A stretch of DNA of 64,000 nt from Alphaproteobacteria bacterium. Lineage in GTDB: Bacteria; Pseudomonadota; Alphaproteobacteria; SP197. The DNA is taken from contig OZ245842.1 in assembly GCA_965228895.1 (NCBI GenBank), positions 1,952,001 to 2,016,000 of the forward strand, in the 5' to 3' direction. The notes under the pieces were generated by a model. The model worked only from the letters and a program-made list of their open reading frames with translations. It was not told where the DNA came from and did no database searches. The translations under genes and the position numbers were made by a program. Positions 61,793 to 64,000 of the stretch are shown here, piece after piece (positions within the stretch are counted from its first letter, which is position 1; each line of letters begins with the position of its first letter).

Positions 61793-62761
61793 TCAGGGGC
61801 CGGGACCGCACTCCTGCGTGAAGCTGGTGTCGGGTGTGCCAACATAACAGCGCGGCACGACCGGCCAGTCCGGCGAGAGGAAGTAGGCATAGATGCCCTC
61901 GGGATAATCTGGCGTCACCCCGAAACGACCGTTGCAGGCATCAAGGTCGCCGGCGCCTTCGATGAACTCGTAGTCGGCGAGGAAAGTGCCGTCATAGGTG
62001 CCGCCGGGCTGGTCACCGCCGGATGGGCGATCGCCTTGGCGCAACCGGTAGCTCGAGCCGAGCTCTGCAATGCCCGAGCCCGGGTCCATCGGATCGACAT
62101 AGCCGTAGAGCGCGTAGATTGGAAAGCCGTCGGCAGCCCACCCGACCAGGGGCGAATGGTCACCCGGAGCAACACCGAGGTCATCCAGGAGGTCGGTTGG
62201 CCACAGATGGTAGTGGTAGGCACCGGTCGGCTGGACATGCGCATAATTGGCATCGAGGCCCAGGGGGAGGGCGCCGGACAGCACCGCGTACTGCCAGGGC
62301 GAGCCCCGCACGCCCAGATACCACTCGGCGGCATGGGGATCGAACGGCACACCGTTGGCGGCGATGCCGAAGTTATGCATCCGCGCCTGGGTCATGGCCG
62401 CGGCGAGCGCTGGCTGTGCCGGCATCTCGTAACGATAGGATTGTGGCTCTATGGCGTTGGGGTTGGCGCGATTGGGAAACTTGCCGACCGCGTGCTCGGG
62501 AATGCCGTTGGCGGTAATCACCCGCTTGTCGTCCTCCACCGTAATCGACACATCGATGGGATAAGGCAGCACGACATCGGCCGGATCGACGTTCAGAACC
62601 CCATCACTCTGGATCACCGTATGCTTGCGGGGTTGAGGCTGTTGGCCTTGAGCATCGATGTCGTGCGCTCTGGCCTGATACAACGTCACACTGGCAACCG
62701 CTGCGCAAATGGCCAAAGTTCGGCGCAAGCCCGCTAGGTCCCGCGTTCTCGGTGCTCTCAT
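61793..62761 (-). CDS. Secreted YHYH-domain protein, function unknown
   Basis: Signal-like N-terminus; NGIPEH, HVQPTGAYHYH, GWAADGFPIY, DLDACNG. Confidence 0.85.
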   Translation of the reverse strand: MRAPRTRDLAGLRRTLAICAAVASVTLYQARAHDIDAQGQQPQPRKHTVIQSDGVLNVDPADVVLPYPIDVSITVEDDKRVITANGIPEHAVGKFPNRANPNAIEPQSYRYEMPAQPALAAAMTQARMHNFGIAANGVPFDPHAAEWYLGVRGSPWQYAVLSGALPLGLDANYAHVQPTGAYHYHLWPTDLLDDLGVAPGDHSPLVGWAADGFPIYALYGYVDPMDPGSGIAELGSSYRLRQGDRPSGGDQPGGTYDGTFLADYEFIEGAGDLDACNGRFGVTPDYPEGIYAYFLSPDWPVVPRCYVGTPDTSFTQECGPGP

Positions 62762-62903
62762 CGGTCCCTTATCGTGCTGTGCGGTTCGGTGTTGCGTTCC
62801 ATGATAACGCCGAACCGCATTTCGATCGTGCGGTTTTCGCGCGCATGCGACGTCTTGCGCTTGCCGACGAAGTCACCGGCTCTATGATGCGCGTCGCTTC
62901 GCC

Positions 62904-64000
62904 ATGACAGACCTTTACCATTCTTCGATCTACAACGCCGACGGCCACGTCGACAGCTTCTGGGCGCAGACCGCGGGGCCGGAGGTCGAAGGTTGGGCGC
63001 CGTTGTCGGGCGACCGCCGGTGCGACGTTGCTGTCATCGGTGGCGGCTATACGGGGATGTCGGCGGCGCTGCACCTGGCGCGAGACTACGGCGTCGACGT
63101 GCGCATTCTTGAAGCCGGCCCGCCGGGTTGGGGCGCATCGGGCCGCAACGGTGGGTTCGTCGGCCCGTCCAGCAGCAAGCTTGGCATGTCGGCCATGATC
63201 GCCCGGTTTGGCGGGGAAGAGACACGCCGTTACTACCGCAACGGCCTGGCCGCCATCGATCTGGTGCGTGAACTCGCCGAAACGGAATCGATCGATTACG
63301 AAGCCTGTGGCGACGGCGAACTGGGTGTCGCCCATAAGGCCTCGCAAATGAATGGCATGACGGACTGGGCCGCCACGTGGCGCGATATGCTGGGCGTCGA
63401 TGTCGACGTTTGGTCGCGCGACGAGTTGGCAGAGCGCGGTTATGCCGGCCCGCATGCCTACGGCGGGCTTTTTACCCATGCCGGTTTTGCGCTTCATCCG
63501 ATGAAGTACGCGCGTGGGCTGGCCCGGGCCTGCATCCGCCACGGCGTCGCGTTTCACGGTGGCTCCGAGGTGACATCGTGGCGGCGCGAGGGCGAGGAGC
63601 ATCGGCTGGTGACGAACGGCGGTTCGCTGCGCGCCCGTCAGGTCATCGTCGCGACCAACGGGTTCACCCGCGATCGACTGCATCCCGGGTTCGCGGGCAC
63701 CATGCTGCCGGCTTTGTCCAACATCATCGTGACCCGCCCACTGCGGACGGATGAGTTGGAGGCCCATGGCTGGAGAACGCCGTGTCCGGTATGGGACACC
63801 AGAAACCTGTTGTTTTACTTCCGCCTGTTGCCTGATAACCGGTTCCTGCTGGGCGCGCGGGCGGCGACACGCAACACGCCGGCCCAGACGGAAAAGTACC
63901 GACGGTGGTTGATCCGGCAGTTCCAAACCATGTGGCCGGGTTGGCGGGATGTCGATATCGACTATTTCTGGCGTGGCTTTGTCTGCTTGGCCGCCGATCG
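62904..64000 (+). CDS. FAD-dependent oxidoreductase, DAO/PuuB-like (3' truncated by window edge)
   Basis: Absent from the ORF track because it has no stop; translation from ATG 62904 gives SFW...DVAVIGGGYTGMSAALHLA...GWGASGRNGG. Confidence 0.9.
   Translation, partial: MTDLYHSSIYNADGHVDSFWAQTAGPEVEGWAPLSGDRRCDVAVIGGGYTGMSAALHLARDYGVDVRILEAGPPGWGASGRNGGFVGPSSSKLGMSAMIARFGGEETRRYYRNGLAAIDLVRELAETESIDYEACGDGELGVAHKASQMNGMTDWAATWRDMLGVDVDVWSRDELAERGYAGPHAYGGLFTHAGFALHPMKYARGLARACIRHGVAFHGGSEVTSWRREGEEHRLVTNGGSLRARQVIVATNGFTRDRLHPGFAGTMLPALSNIIVTRPLRTDELEAHGWRTPCPVWDTRNLLFYFRLLPDNRFLLGARAATRNTPAQTEKYRRWLIRQFQTMWPGWRDVDIDYFWRGFVCLAAD

Overview
High-GC alphaproteobacterial (Rhodospirillales-like) chromosomal window. 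Bases 1-27943 hold the core transcription/translation supercluster: rplJ-rplL-rpoB-rpoC, the str operon (rpsL-rpsG-fusA-tuf), the S10 and spc genes, secY-adk, and rpsM-rpsK-rpoA-rplQ. Next come housekeeping genes: rarA-crcB-RluA family-HAD-ATP12-pccB-pccA-acyP, lipB, tRNA-Leu(GAG) and mgtE. The rest is a mixed region: internally deleted RidA, GST-kappa, threonine dehydratase, MBL hydrolase, CRP-like regulator, putA, LpxR-like protein, two Fe-ADHs, nucleoside hydrolase, HerA-like ATPase, vWA protein, Pam18/TimB-like J protein, galU-ugd-pgm, TerC, hot-dog hydratase, amidase, SPOR D,D-carboxypeptidase, YHYH protein and a partial FAD oxidoreductase. No transposase, integrase, prophage, rRNA or CRISPR array was seen. 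The most notable signals are: (1) a nuclease-less HerA-like ATPase next to a vWA protein and a membrane J-domain protein, preceded by a CRP-type box; (2) a possible local cNMP-CRP circuit with three CRP-like boxes; (3) a 64-bp hairpin repeat with compensatory base changes, present three times, each time just 5' of a start codon; (4) a 52-aa RidA missing its middle. All calls come from motif recognition by eye; no database searches were run.
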